NCBI GenBank assembly: GCA_039028295.1
Contig: JBCCIJ010000023.1
Span: forward strand, 1,322-65,321
DNA: 64,000 bases
Source: Bacteroidota bacterium
GTDB lineage: Bacteria; Bacteroidota; Bacteroidia; Flavobacteriales; Flavobacteriaceae
Reading direction: 5' to 3'
Shown here one piece after another: positions 10,363 to 20,106 of this stretch. How positions within the stretch are numbered: the first letter of the stretch is position 1; each line of letters begins with the position of its first letter. A model generated the notes under the pieces. It was not told the origin of the DNA, searched no databases, and saw nothing but the letters and a program-made list of their open reading frames with translations. A program made the translations under genes and the position numbers.

Positions 10363-11280
10363 TTATATCCAGTTTTTGGGTTGGGTTAATACTTTAACCA
10401 ATTTTTCCTCTTCGCTACCCTCTCTTGGATGATGGTCATATTTCCACTGCACACGAGGGGGTAAACTCATTAAAATACTTTCGATGCGTCCATTAGTTTT
10501 TAGGCCGAATAGCGTTCCTTTATCATGCACAAGATTAAATTCAACATAGCGACCTCGACGTACTTCCTGCCAATTTTTTTGTTCTTCGGAATAAGATAGG
10601 TCCTTTCTCTTTTCTACGATAGGAACATATGCCTCTAAAAAGCTATCTCCAACTTCGGTAACAAAGTCATACCATTGCTGAAGAGACCTATCTTCGGTCT
10701 TCTTCAGATAATCAAAAAATAAACCTCCAATGCCCCGGCCTTCATTACGGTGGGAGTTGTAAAAATACGAATCGCAGCGTTCTTTATACTTGGGATATAA
10801 TAATGGATCATGCGAGTCGCAAGCCAATTTACAGATCTGGTGAAAATGTTGTGCGTCTTCTTCAAATAAATAATAGGGAGTTAAATCCTGACCTCCACCA
10901 AACCATTGATCTACTATATTTCCATCTGGACCGTACATTTCAAAATACCTCCAATTGGCATGTACCGTTGGAACCATTGGGCTTTTTGGGTGTAATACCA
11001 AACTAAGGCCACAGGCGAAAAAATGAGCGTCGCTCACCCCAAAATAGTGTTGCATGCTTTCTGGCAATTGACCATGAACCTCACTAATGTTAACCCCTCC
11101 CTTTTCGAAAACGGCTCCATTTTCAATGACTCTAGTGCGCCCTCCACCTCCTTCTGGACGTTTCCAAAGGTCCTCTTGAAATGTTGCTTTGCCGTCTAAC
11201 GCTTCTAAACGGGTCGTGATGGTGTTTTGAAGGGTGCGAATATAGGATACAAATTGTTCTTTCATGAGCGATCTTGCCAT
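10363..11280 (-). CDS. hemF: Oxygen-dependent coproporphyrinogen III oxidase (start may be 11265)
   Basis: GGGGRTRV, FEKGGVN, HPKSPMVPTVHANWRYF, WFGGGQDLTP, RRGRYVEFNLVHDKGTLFGL. Confidence 0.98.
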   Translation of the reverse strand: MARSLMKEQFVSYIRTLQNTITTRLEALDGKATFQEDLWKRPEGGGGRTRVIENGAVFEKGGVNISEVHGQLPESMQHYFGVSDAHFFACGLSLVLHPKSPMVPTVHANWRYFEMYGPDGNIVDQWFGGGQDLTPYYLFEEDAQHFHQICKLACDSHDPLLYPKYKERCDSYFYNSHRNEGRGIGGLFFDYLKKTEDRSLQQWYDFVTEVGDSFLEAYVPIVEKRKDLSYSEEQKNWQEVRRGRYVEFNLVHDKGTLFGLKTNGRIESILMSLPPRVQWKYDHHPREGSEEEKLVKVLTQPKNWI

Positions 11281-11282
11281 GG

Positions 11283-12062
11283 TTAGGCTTCTATTTTTTC
11301 TGGTTTCTTTTCGATGGTTTTCATCCGTCCAGATTCTTGGATTAATCGAACGGTTTCAGTAGTAGAAGCCGTTACGGATAAAGGAAGTACCAAAATAATT
11401 CCAATTATTGGTATAAATAACATGGCCATGAAAACAATCCCATTTCCCATTGCGATACCACTATGACTTCGGACAAACTTGAGACTTTCACCATATTTAA
11501 AATGGCGTTCCAAGGTGTAATCCATGTTACCAAATCCTGCATAATAAGCCTGTACCAGGAATAGCAGAACGGAGGTGAAAATATTAATAACAGGAATAAA
11601 ACTAAAGAGCAAAATAGGAATGGTAAATAACAATTCCATCAATAGGTTTCGTACGTTAATTCGAATACCACGCCAAAGTTGTGCGGTAAATTTCGTGTTT
11701 CGATGTTCGTGCTCCTCCCCGAGTAAATGGGCCTCAATCTTTTCAGAAACGGGGCTCATAAAGGGTGCGCTAAGTGCCATAATGATATGCTTATACAGAA
11801 TGAAGCCGAGCACCACAATTAAAATACCACCTAGAAAATCGCTAATTGTTCTGAACGTTTCAGAACCCCATTCCCACACCCATGCTTTGGCAATGAATCC
11901 ACCAATATTGTCACTAAGGCCATAGGCTGTAAACCCTACCAGCACAAAGGTTAGTAAGCTAATTAGAATGGGTATTCCAAAATACTTCCAAAGGCCTAAT
12001 TTGCTAATCAACTGAAACGAGCCCCCATAGGCTCGAATTCCTCTAAAAATGTTTTTAAACAT
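11283..12062 (-). CDS. EI24/CysZ-like membrane protein
   Basis: Multi-TM; APFMSPVSEKIE; GFGNMDYTLER. Confidence 0.75.
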   Translation of the reverse strand: MFKNIFRGIRAYGGSFQLISKLGLWKYFGIPILISLLTFVLVGFTAYGLSDNIGGFIAKAWVWEWGSETFRTISDFLGGILIVVLGFILYKHIIMALSAPFMSPVSEKIEAHLLGEEHEHRNTKFTAQLWRGIRINVRNLLMELLFTIPILLFSFIPVINIFTSVLLFLVQAYYAGFGNMDYTLERHFKYGESLKFVRSHSGIAMGNGIVFMAMLFIPIIGIILVLPLSVTASTTETVRLIQESGRMKTIEKKPEKIEA

Positions 12063-12069
12063 AGCTGTA

Positions 12070-12558
12070 TTATTCTGAAATATATATCAAGGTGTTCTCC
12101 AGGTTTTCTATTTCTTCAATTTTGGCCACTTTTTGAGCATTTTCGAGCTTTTTTTGAATAAAACTGATGATTTCTGCTTCATTTGCGAACAAATTTGCTC
12201 TAAACCACTTTATTCCAAGCTCATTATTATGCAAATCCATGTGTTGGTCCAAAATCTCATTTTTTGTCACTTTTTCGTATAAAATGGTTATTTTTTCGGT
12301 CCAAATGATACTTTTTTTGTCGTTTTTCGTCTTTTTTTGGCAATTTTGGCAAATTAAGATATTCCACAAGGCATGTCTAAAGGCATTCGCTTTTCCATTT
12401 TTATGGTGGGCTCCACCATATAACGTATAACAAATATGCATCGTTCTTTTGGTAGCGCGCAATGTAGGCCCAATTAATAAAGGTCTTTTCGCAAATACGA
12501 ATCCCAGTTTGAATAATTGACCAATACTCAATTGTTTTATGCGCTTCCAAATGTTCAC
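12070..12558 (-). CDS. DUF6973-like hypothetical protein
   Basis: NAFRHALWN and MDLHNNELG motifs. Confidence 0.65.
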   Translation of the reverse strand: MNIWKRIKQLSIGQLFKLGFVFAKRPLLIGPTLRATKRTMHICYTLYGGAHHKNGKANAFRHALWNILICQNCQKKTKNDKKSIIWTEKITILYEKVTKNEILDQHMDLHNNELGIKWFRANLFANEAEIISFIQKKLENAQKVAKIEEIENLENTLIYISE

Positions 12559-13592
12559 GATGGTGCGCGATATTCTTTTACGGCTTCAATAAAGGCGCCT
12601 GCATTTTCCAAAGGAATATTTGGTAAAATACCGTGACCTAAATTTACAATATATTGGTCTTTACCAAACTCGTTGATCATTTGAGTTACCATTTTTTTAA
12701 TTTCTGAAGGAGGACTGAACAAACGAGTGGGGTCAAAATTTCCTTGCAACGTGATTTTGCCGCCAGACAGGTATCTCGCATTTCTAGCCGAACAGGTCCA
12801 ATCTACACCTAGGGCAGCTGCACCACTTTTAGCCATAGTGTCCAAGGCAAACCAACAACCTTTTCCGAAGGCGATCACAGGAGCTTCATCTTTTAAAGCA
12901 TCGATGATCTGTTGGATGTATTGCCAGCTGAATTCTTGATAATCTACCGGAGACAGCATGCCTCCCCAACTATCAAAAACTTGAACTGCATTTACCCCAG
13001 CTCTCACTTTTTCTTTGAGATAGGCAATAGTGGTATCCGTAATTTTTTGAAGCAACTCATGCGCTGCAACTGGCTGAGTAAAACAAAACTGTTTGGCCTT
13101 ATCAAAATTTTTGCTTCCCTGGCCTTGCACACAATAACAAAGAATGGTCCAGGGGCTTCCGGCGAAACCAATAAGAGGAATTTCATCGTTTAGTTTCTCT
13201 TTGGTCATTTTAATGGCATCCATTACATACCCCAGAGTCTCTTCAATATCCGGCACGATAACCGACTCCAGATCTTTGTGAGATCTAATAGGATTGGGTA
13301 ACCAAGGTCCTATTTCCGGTTTCATCTCTACCTGGATATTCATGGCTTGAGGAATCACCAAAATATCACTAAAGAGTATGGCAGCATCCATGCCGTACCT
13401 CCTAATAGGCTGTACTGTGATTTCACTGGCAAGTTCCGGGGTTTGACAGCGCGTGAAGAAATCGTATTTTGCTTTAATTTCCATGAATTCTGGCAAATAA
13501 CGGCCGGCTTGACGCATCATCCATACAGGAGGACGGCTAACGGTTTCTCCTTTCAGCGCTCGTAAAAATAAATCGTTTTTAATCTTTGTCAT
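12555..13592 (-). CDS. hemE: Uroporphyrinogen decarboxylase
   Basis: [43 protein letters not shown]. Confidence 0.98.
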   Translation of the reverse strand: MTKIKNDLFLRALKGETVSRPPVWMMRQAGRYLPEFMEIKAKYDFFTRCQTPELASEITVQPIRRYGMDAAILFSDILVIPQAMNIQVEMKPEIGPWLPNPIRSHKDLESVIVPDIEETLGYVMDAIKMTKEKLNDEIPLIGFAGSPWTILCYCVQGQGSKNFDKAKQFCFTQPVAAHELLQKITDTTIAYLKEKVRAGVNAVQVFDSWGGMLSPVDYQEFSWQYIQQIIDALKDEAPVIAFGKGCWFALDTMAKSGAAALGVDWTCSARNARYLSGGKITLQGNFDPTRLFSPPSEIKKMVTQMINEFGKDQYIVNLGHGILPNIPLENAGAFIEAVKEYRAPS

Positions 13593-14286
13593 GAGCTATT
13601 GTTTTCACCGCGGCGTCAATAACGCTTCCCACGGTGGTCGAATGGGCAACGATCACGTTGCTCGTGTATTTTTTTGCTGCAGTTGCGGTTGTATCTCCAA
13701 TACAAATTGCAGTGGTATTTGTAAAGTAGTTTGCTGTAATGTTTGGGGCACTTTCCCCGGCTTTTTGACCTTCTATAAAACTTTCGACACCCGTTGGGCT
13801 AAAAAATAGGATATGACCCCATTTTTGGTCAAAATGCCTTGGTTTTAGCATTGTTTTATATGTTTTTAACTCAAAAACGGGTATTTTTCCCTGTTTTAAC
13901 AATTTTGGAATGTCTTCTTTTCGGTGACTTCCGCAAATGAACGAAAATGAGTCGTTTTTGTGGTTATTTATGATGAAATGAGCTAATTCGGACGCATTTT
14001 TGGCCGTTTTAACCACATTTTGGCCATTTTTCTTTAATAGTAACTCGGTTTTTTGACCCACACAAAAACATTGTTTAATACGGGTTGAACCGGTCTTATT
14101 TTCAAAAAAGGATCGTACTCCGTTTTGGCTGGTGAAAATGGCGTTTTCAATAAATTCCGGAGCTTCAAAATCGACATCTATAATTTCTATGGCATCATAG
14201 CTTTCAACAGAAAACCCTGCACGCAATAGAACCTCTTCCTGTAAGCGCGATAAATTTTTAGTAGAAAGAAGCGTCTTTTCGTTCAC
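13579..14286 (-). CDS. hemD: Uroporphyrinogen-III synthase
   Basis: [35 protein letters not shown]; lies between hemC and hemE. Confidence 0.9.
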   Translation of the reverse strand: MNEKTLLSTKNLSRLQEEVLLRAGFSVESYDAIEIIDVDFEAPEFIENAIFTSQNGVRSFFENKTGSTRIKQCFCVGQKTELLLKKNGQNVVKTAKNASELAHFIINNHKNDSFSFICGSHRKEDIPKLLKQGKIPVFELKTYKTMLKPRHFDQKWGHILFFSPTGVESFIEGQKAGESAPNITANYFTNTTAICIGDTTATAAKKYTSNVIVAHSTTVGSVIDAAVKTIAHDKD

Positions 14287-15194
14287 GACATTTCTTTTTT
14301 AATGGCCGCCATTAATTCTTTACCGCCGACACTTAATAAATGCAATGCACATTTTCTTCCGAAGGAATCGTATGCATCCCTATGAGTGGACTGTTCCACC
14401 TCTAATTTAGTTTGACCATCTAATGAAAATAAAACCCCCTTAAAATGGACCTTGACTCCATTGATGGTGGCAATAGCCCCAATAGGTGCTGTACATCCGC
14501 CTTCCAATACTCTTAAAAACTCTCGTTCTATATGTGTACAAACTTGAGTGTTCGTAACATTGAGTTGTCGTGTCGCTTCCTGACAGTAAGGATCATTTTC
14601 TAAGGCAACCACAACCATAGCACCTTGTGCAGGAGCCGGAACCATCCAATCTAAGGAGATATAATTTTCAGGAAGTACTTGAATTCTTTCCAATCCTGCT
14701 TTGGCAAAAATGGCGCCCTGCCATGGGCTTTCATTTAACTTCTGAAGTCGGGTATTTACGTTACCGCGTAAGCCAACCAACTGATGATTTGGATAGCGGT
14801 GCAGCCATTGCGCTTTTCGTCGTAAGCTTCCGGTAGCAATGGTACATGGATCTTGAAAGTTGGGTTGGCCTTTGGTGACCAAAATGTCCTGGGAAGAAGC
14901 CCTTTCTAAAACGGCTGTTTGAACGATGCCTTTAGGGAGCAATGTCGGGACATCCTTCATGCTGTGCACTGCGATGTCCACAGACCCATTGAGCATGGCA
15001 ACATCGAGTGTTTTTGTGAAAATGCCAGTAATACCTAGTTCATAAAGGGGTTTGTCCAGGACCAGATCTCCTGTAGATTTTACCGACACCAATTCGGTTT
15101 TATAGCCTAATGCCTCTAGCCGACTTTTTACGGTGTTTGCTTGCCAAAGAGCGAGTTGACTGTCGCGGGTGCCTATCCTAATAGTCTTGCTCAC
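14283..15194 (-). CDS. hemC: Hydroxymethylbilane synthase
   Basis: IGTRDSQLALWQA, DIAVHSMKDVP, TGSLRRKAQ, LRGNVNTRL, LEGGCTAPIGA. Confidence 0.98.
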   Translation of the reverse strand: MSKTIRIGTRDSQLALWQANTVKSRLEALGYKTELVSVKSTGDLVLDKPLYELGITGIFTKTLDVAMLNGSVDIAVHSMKDVPTLLPKGIVQTAVLERASSQDILVTKGQPNFQDPCTIATGSLRRKAQWLHRYPNHQLVGLRGNVNTRLQKLNESPWQGAIFAKAGLERIQVLPENYISLDWMVPAPAQGAMVVVALENDPYCQEATRQLNVTNTQVCTHIEREFLRVLEGGCTAPIGAIATINGVKVHFKGVLFSLDGQTKLEVEQSTHRDAYDSFGRKCALHLLSVGGKELMAAIKKEMS

Positions 15195-16483
15195 AAATCT
15201 TTGTTTGATAGTTGGAACACTTTTTTAATTAAAGCGGCACTTTCATAGGCTGAACCATTTTCGTTCTTCAAATGATTGGCAAAATGAGTGGTTATTTTTT
15301 GGATGATACGAGAACTGAGAATCTCGGCCTGCTCTTCATTAAAATTGGAGATCTTGCTTCGTTGGTTGTCAATTTCTCCTGCTTTTATTTCTGAAAGCTT
15401 TGTTTTTAGCGCTTTGATCGTAGGGGCAAATTTTCGGTTCTCGGTCCAGGCGTTGAAATCCTTATTGACCTCCTCAATAATCTCCTTTGCCAGTGGTATT
15501 TGGGATTGACGATGTGCTAAGGTTTTATCGGTAACCTGAGAAAGTTCATCCAGGTGAATAAGGGTTACCAGTTCATTGTCGATAACATTCTGAGCTACAT
15601 TTCTTGGAATGGACAGGTCCAAAATCAACAACGGTTTTTTTAGATAAAGCAACTCTTTATTAATAGTAGGTTGCTGAGCACCGGTTGCTACTATAAGAAT
15701 ATCACTTTTGGCAATCTCACTTTGAATATTGGCATAATCCTTCACGACCAAATTAAACTTGCCCGCAATTTCCTCTGCTTTAACCTTGGTTCGGTTAATG
15801 AGGGTTATGTGTTCGTTTTTGGTATGTTTTATTAGATTTTCACAAGTATTACGACCTATTTTGCCTATTCCGAAGAGGGTAATATTTTTTTCTGAAACAA
15901 ATGGTACACGTGCCATAATGTATTGTACGGCAGCAAAACTCACGGAAGTGGCACCTGTAGAAATTTCGGTTTCATTTTTAATTCGTCTACTCGCTTGTAT
16001 CACCGAATTCCCGAGGCGTTCCATAAAAGCATTGAGCATGCCCATTTCTTTAGATCGGTGTAGGCCATTTCGCAACTGACTAATAATTTCGAAGTCTCCT
16101 AAAATTTGACTATCCAAGCCTGTGCCTACATGAAAGAGATGAGAAACTGCGTCCTCGTTCTTATAAACATAAGCTACCCTTTCGAATTCGTCAATGGTGC
16201 CTCGTGTATGTTCGCACAAAAGCTTTATAAGTTGAAAAGGGTGTTGTGCAAAACCATATAGCTCAGTTCTATTGCAGGTGGATATAACGCTTAGCGAAGG
16301 GATGCCGTTCTCTTTGGCCTGAAGCAAAATTTCTTTTTGAGCCGCTTCGGAAATACTAAAATGTCCACGCGTCTCGGCATCGGCCTTTTTATAGTTTAGT
16401 CCAATGGCGTAAAAATGCCCCGCGAATAAATGGTCGGTGCTTGCTTCGGTAATAAAAGGATGTCCTTGAACGTTATTTTTCAT
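15191..16483 (-). CDS. hemA: Glutamyl-tRNA reductase (start moved from 16585 to the ATG at 16483)
   Basis: STCNRTELY, GLDSQILGDFEIISQL, GIGKIG, INRT, ILDLSIPRNV. A TAnnTTTG box lies 12 nt upstream of 16483. Confidence 0.95.
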   Translation of the reverse strand: MKNNVQGHPFITEASTDHLFAGHFYAIGLNYKKADAETRGHFSISEAAQKEILLQAKENGIPSLSVISTCNRTELYGFAQHPFQLIKLLCEHTRGTIDEFERVAYVYKNEDAVSHLFHVGTGLDSQILGDFEIISQLRNGLHRSKEMGMLNAFMERLGNSVIQASRRIKNETEISTGATSVSFAAVQYIMARVPFVSEKNITLFGIGKIGRNTCENLIKHTKNEHITLINRTKVKAEEIAGKFNLVVKDYANIQSEIAKSDILIVATGAQQPTINKELLYLKKPLLILDLSIPRNVAQNVIDNELVTLIHLDELSQVTDKTLAHRQSQIPLAKEIIEEVNKDFNAWTENRKFAPTIKALKTKLSEIKAGEIDNQRSKISNFNEEQAEILSSRIIQKITTHFANHLKNENGSAYESAALIKKVFQLSNKDL

Positions 16484-16494
16484 AATGAACGGTG

Positions 16495-16502
16495 CAAAAA
16501 TA
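16495..16502 (-). promoter_or_regulatory. Bacteroidota sigma70 -7 box (TATTTTTG) for the hemA operon
   Basis: Reverse complement of caaaaata matches TAnnTTTG. Confidence 0.55.
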
Positions 16503-16641
16503 GGAGCTAACTTTAATAGAAAGTAACGCTTGCGGTATGATTTATATCGTTCGCTGTTAATTTTAACCGTAAATTGCGGTTTCACGGCTAAAAATAGCTA
16601 ATTTAGTATCATTCTAAACAACAAAACTCCATTTTTGAGCT

Positions 16642-17532
16642 ATGATTTCTGAAAAAAATGTCGCTAAAGGAATTTATGACGAAACACTTATTGAAGAAGG
16701 GTTTTTCATTTTAAAGTTTCGCAACGAAACGGAAGAGCCACAATTATTTAAGCGCGAGTTAAGTGCTAGTTTTATTCAATTTCATTTTTGTCTTAAGGGC
16801 ACTGGATCCTTCAGTTTTAATAATGGAAGTTATCATTTGCCTATAGGAGAAGATAGTTCTTTGTTGTTGTATAACCCGCAGTTGGATTTGCCCATTGAGG
16901 TATTGGTGAATTCACATTCCTGGGTAATTTCTGTTTTGCTCCCTATTGTGAAGTTTCATTCCCTTTTTTCTACCGAGGCCAATTATATTACTTTTTTGAG
17001 TGGTGAGAATAAGAATCGAAAATACTATAAAGATGCTCCAACCTCCCCTTCAATGGCCATTGTGCTTAATCAGCTAATGAACTACAATTTACATCCTTCG
17101 GTAAAACCCTTGTATTTCAAGGGAAAGGCTTATGAGTTATTGAGCCTCTATTTTAATCGTCCAGCCGATGTCGATATAGAGCAGTGCCCTTTTTTGGTGG
17201 ATGAAGACAATGTAACAAAGATCAAGAAGGCCAAACAAATTGTCATTTCCCGAATGGCAGAACCTCCCACTTTGAAAGAGCTTTCGGAAGAAATTAATCT
17301 ACCCCTTAATAAATTGAAGGAAGGGTTTAAACAAATCTATGGCGATTCGGTATTCAGCTTTTTATTCGACTATAAAATGGAAGTGGCACGTCAACTATTG
17401 GCCACCGGCTCTTATAATGTCAATGAGGTAGGGTCGAAAGTGGGTTATAGTACGGCAAGTCATTTTATTGCTGCTTTTAAACGAAAATTTGGTACTACCC
17501 CTAAGAAGTTTGTTATGGGGCTGGCTACTTAA
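16642..17532 (+). CDS. AraC family transcriptional regulator divergent from hemA
   Basis: C-terminal double HTH: PPTLKELSEEI..KLKEGFKQIYG..YNVNEVGSKVGYSTASHFIAAFKRKFG. Confidence 0.92.
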   Translation: MISEKNVAKGIYDETLIEEGFFILKFRNETEEPQLFKRELSASFIQFHFCLKGTGSFSFNNGSYHLPIGEDSSLLLYNPQLDLPIEVLVNSHSWVISVLLPIVKFHSLFSTEANYITFLSGENKNRKYYKDAPTSPSMAIVLNQLMNYNLHPSVKPLYFKGKAYELLSLYFNRPADVDIEQCPFLVDEDNVTKIKKAKQIVISRMAEPPTLKELSEEINLPLNKLKEGFKQIYGDSVFSFLFDYKMEVARQLLATGSYNVNEVGSKVGYSTASHFIAAFKRKFGTTPKKFVMGLAT

Positions 17533-17605
17533 TCAATGCGTAGAAGAAAATGTTACTATGACATAACTTTACCAACATTTTAAGAACCTTTTGACTCGTA
17601 CTCAC

Positions 17606-17613
17606 TATTTTTG
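17606..17613 (+). promoter_or_regulatory. -7 box (TATTTTTG) upstream of hemH
   Basis: Matches TAnnTTTG 20 nt before the ATG at 17633. Confidence 0.5.
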
Positions 17614-17632
17614 TTGTTCTCAAAAACCAACT

Positions 17633-18673
17633 ATGAAAAAAGGAGTTCTCCTTGTTAACCTAGGGTCACCCGATAGTACCCAACCTAAGGACGTTAAAAA
17701 ATATCTAGATGAGTTTCTGATGGACCCTCGCGTAATTGATGTGCCGCGATGGGCTAGAATTTTACTCGTTCGTGGAATTATTTTGAATACAAGGCCCAAA
17801 AAATCGGCCGAGGCATATGCTAAGATCTGGTGGGAGGAAGGCTCTCCTCTTATTGTACTTTCGGAGCGGCTACAAAAAAAGGTGAGTGATAGGGTTAATA
17901 TACCTGTAGCGCTAGCGATGCGCTATGGAAGTATGACCTTGCAAAAAGGATTACAGGAATTGGTAGATCAGGGTGTAAATGAGGTCTTGACCATTCCCTT
18001 ATATCCGCAGTTCGCTATGGCCACCACCGAGACTATTGATGTTCGCGTGGCTGAGCTTCAATCTGAGTTTTTTCCGAATCTAAAAATAACTTCTCTTCCT
18101 TCATTTTATAACCGCCCGGAGTATGTAAAATTACTTGCCCAGAGTATTAAAGAAGGACTAGAGGGACTGGATTACGAACATTTGCTATTTAGTTATCACG
18201 GAGTACCTGAAAGGCATATTCGCAAAAGCGATATCACCCAATCTCATTGTAAAATCGATGCGAGTTGCTGTCAAACTCCCAGTAAGGCGCATCGTTTTTG
18301 TTATCGCCATCAATGTTATCAAACCACTAAGAACATAGCAGAAAAACTAGAGCTCAAAGAAGGAACCTATTCTACTTCTTTTCAATCCCGATTAGGCTTT
18401 GATCCATGGTTGCAGCCCTATACAGACCGTACTATTGAACGAATGGGAAAGGAGGGAATCAAAAAAATGGCGATCGTTACACCGGCTTTTGTTAGCGATT
18501 GCCTGGAGACGTTGGAGGAAATTGCCATGGAAGGAAAAGAGATTTTTGAAGAAATGGGAGGGGAAGAGTTTACAACCATTCCTTGCCTTAATGATCGAGA
18601 CGACTTCGCAACTTTGATCGCTCATTGGATCGAACAATGGCGCATTGTGGATATAGAAACAGCGATAGCATAA
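17633..18673 (+). CDS. hemH: Ferrochelatase (start moved to the ATG at 17633)
   Basis: GVLLVNLGSPD, LAMRYG, IPLYPQFA, LFSYHGVP, SFQSRLG..WLQPYT, FVSDCLETLEEI. Confidence 0.97.
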   Translation: MKKGVLLVNLGSPDSTQPKDVKKYLDEFLMDPRVIDVPRWARILLVRGIILNTRPKKSAEAYAKIWWEEGSPLIVLSERLQKKVSDRVNIPVALAMRYGSMTLQKGLQELVDQGVNEVLTIPLYPQFAMATTETIDVRVAELQSEFFPNLKITSLPSFYNRPEYVKLLAQSIKEGLEGLDYEHLLFSYHGVPERHIRKSDITQSHCKIDASCCQTPSKAHRFCYRHQCYQTTKNIAEKLELKEGTYSTSFQSRLGFDPWLQPYTDRTIERMGKEGIKKMAIVTPAFVSDCLETLEEIAMEGKEIFEEMGGEEFTTIPCLNDRDDFATLIAHWIEQWRIVDIETAIA

Positions 18674-18676
18674 TTT

Positions 18677-20047
18677 GTGAAGAGAAATTCAGACGCATTA
18701 GGAACCGATTCAATAAGTAGTTTACTTGTGAAGCAAGCAGTGCCTGCTTCCATTGGCATGTTGGTCATGTCACTTAACATGATCGTCGATACCATTTTTA
18801 TGGGTAGGTGGATTGGCCCGATGGCCATTTCGGCCATTACGGTTGTGATTCCGGTTACTTTTTTCATTGCCGCAATTGGGCTTGCTATAGGGGTTGGAGG
18901 TAGCTCAGTGCTATCAAGAGCACTGGGGGCTGGCGATCATGAAAAAGCACTGCGTGTTTTTGGGAACCAAACCACACTTACTTTTTTTACTTCGGGCATT
19001 TTGGCCGCTTTAGGGTTGATCTTTCAGAATGATTTAATTGAATTTTTTGGTGCGGACGCATCTTTTAAAGATCTGGCACTTACTTATTATCGGATCGTTT
19101 TATATGGTATTGTGATGCTTTCCATGTGTATGATGGGTAATAATGTGATCAGGGCCGAAGGGAAACCAAAATTTGCAATGTACGCTTTGCTGCTTCCGGC
19201 TATCGGAAACATTATTATGGATTATGTCCTTATTAAGGTTTTCGATATGGGCATGGAAGGTGCGGCTTGGGCTACTTTTATTAGTTATTTTATTTGTTTT
19301 GCTTTTGTTTTTTGGTTTTTCGTGACCAAAAGTGAGCTTCGTTTGAATTTTAAATCTTTCTTTTTAAAACGAAGCATCGTCAACGAAATCAATGCACTTA
19401 GTTTTGTAACTCTGGCACGACAAGTAACCATAGTTACCTTGACTATTTTGCTCAATAACGTGCTCATTACCTATGGAGATTCTTTGGATGTGGCTTCCTA
19501 CGGAATTATAAGCAGAATGTTAATGTTCGCTCTCTTTCCGGTTATTGGTGTGAACCAGGGCTTTCTACCTATTGCCGGGTTTAATTATGGAGCTAAAAAG
19601 TTTGGACGCGTTCGCGAATCTATCAACACCTCCATAAAATATTCAGGCATGTTGGCGTTGTTCGTTTTTGCAATAATCATGTTGTTTTCTACGGAGATCG
19701 TTTCTGTGTTTTTAGGTAATTCTGAAAATTTGGATGCGGCTACTTTAGCAGATAATCAAGAAATTTTAAGGAGAACGCCAGCGGCACTTCGGTGGGTGTT
19801 TGCCGCGACACCTGTGATTATAATTCAGCTTATTGGAGCTTCCTATTTTCAAGCCATTGGAAGAGCCGTACCGGCTTTGTTGCTAAGTCTAACAAAACAA
19901 GGCTTTTTCTTAATACCCTTGTTGTTGATCTTGCCATCATTTATGGGCGTTTTTGGAGTTTGGATTGCCTTCCCAATAGCAGATGTCCTGGCAACCACTG
20001 TCACCGGATATTTTCTTCATAAAGCCGTTAAAAAGGAGCTTGTTTGA
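18677..20047 (+). CDS. MATE family efflux transporter
   Basis: About 12 TM; MIVDTIFMGRWIG, IRAEGKPK, GNIIMDY, GMEGAAWAT, GFNYGAKK. Confidence 0.92.
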   Translation: MKRNSDALGTDSISSLLVKQAVPASIGMLVMSLNMIVDTIFMGRWIGPMAISAITVVIPVTFFIAAIGLAIGVGGSSVLSRALGAGDHEKALRVFGNQTTLTFFTSGILAALGLIFQNDLIEFFGADASFKDLALTYYRIVLYGIVMLSMCMMGNNVIRAEGKPKFAMYALLLPAIGNIIMDYVLIKVFDMGMEGAAWATFISYFICFAFVFWFFVTKSELRLNFKSFFLKRSIVNEINALSFVTLARQVTIVTLTILLNNVLITYGDSLDVASYGIISRMLMFALFPVIGVNQGFLPIAGFNYGAKKFGRVRESINTSIKYSGMLALFVFAIIMLFSTEIVSVFLGNSENLDAATLADNQEILRRTPAALRWVFAATPVIIIQLIGASYFQAIGRAVPALLLSLTKQGFFLIPLLLILPSFMGVFGVWIAFPIADVLATTVTGYFLHKAVKKELV

Positions 20048-20052
20048 ATATA

Positions 20053-20083
20053 AAAAAGGAGCCCGATAATGGACTCCTTCTTT
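20053..20083. terminator. Probable bidirectional terminator between MATE and M13 genes
   Basis: aaggagcc..gataat..ggactcctt hairpin with A/T flanks. Confidence 0.6.
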
Positions 20084-20106
20084 ATAGTATTCAGAATAAA
20101 AAATAC

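Noticed and set aside
16484-16585. ORF-track N-terminal extensions (hemA here; likewise hemH 17591, msrB 44340, FG-GAP 50730)
   Set aside because: For hemA, hemH and msrB the extension contains a TAnnTTTG promoter box; for the FG-GAP gene it precedes the signal peptide. Downstream ATGs give typical N-termini.
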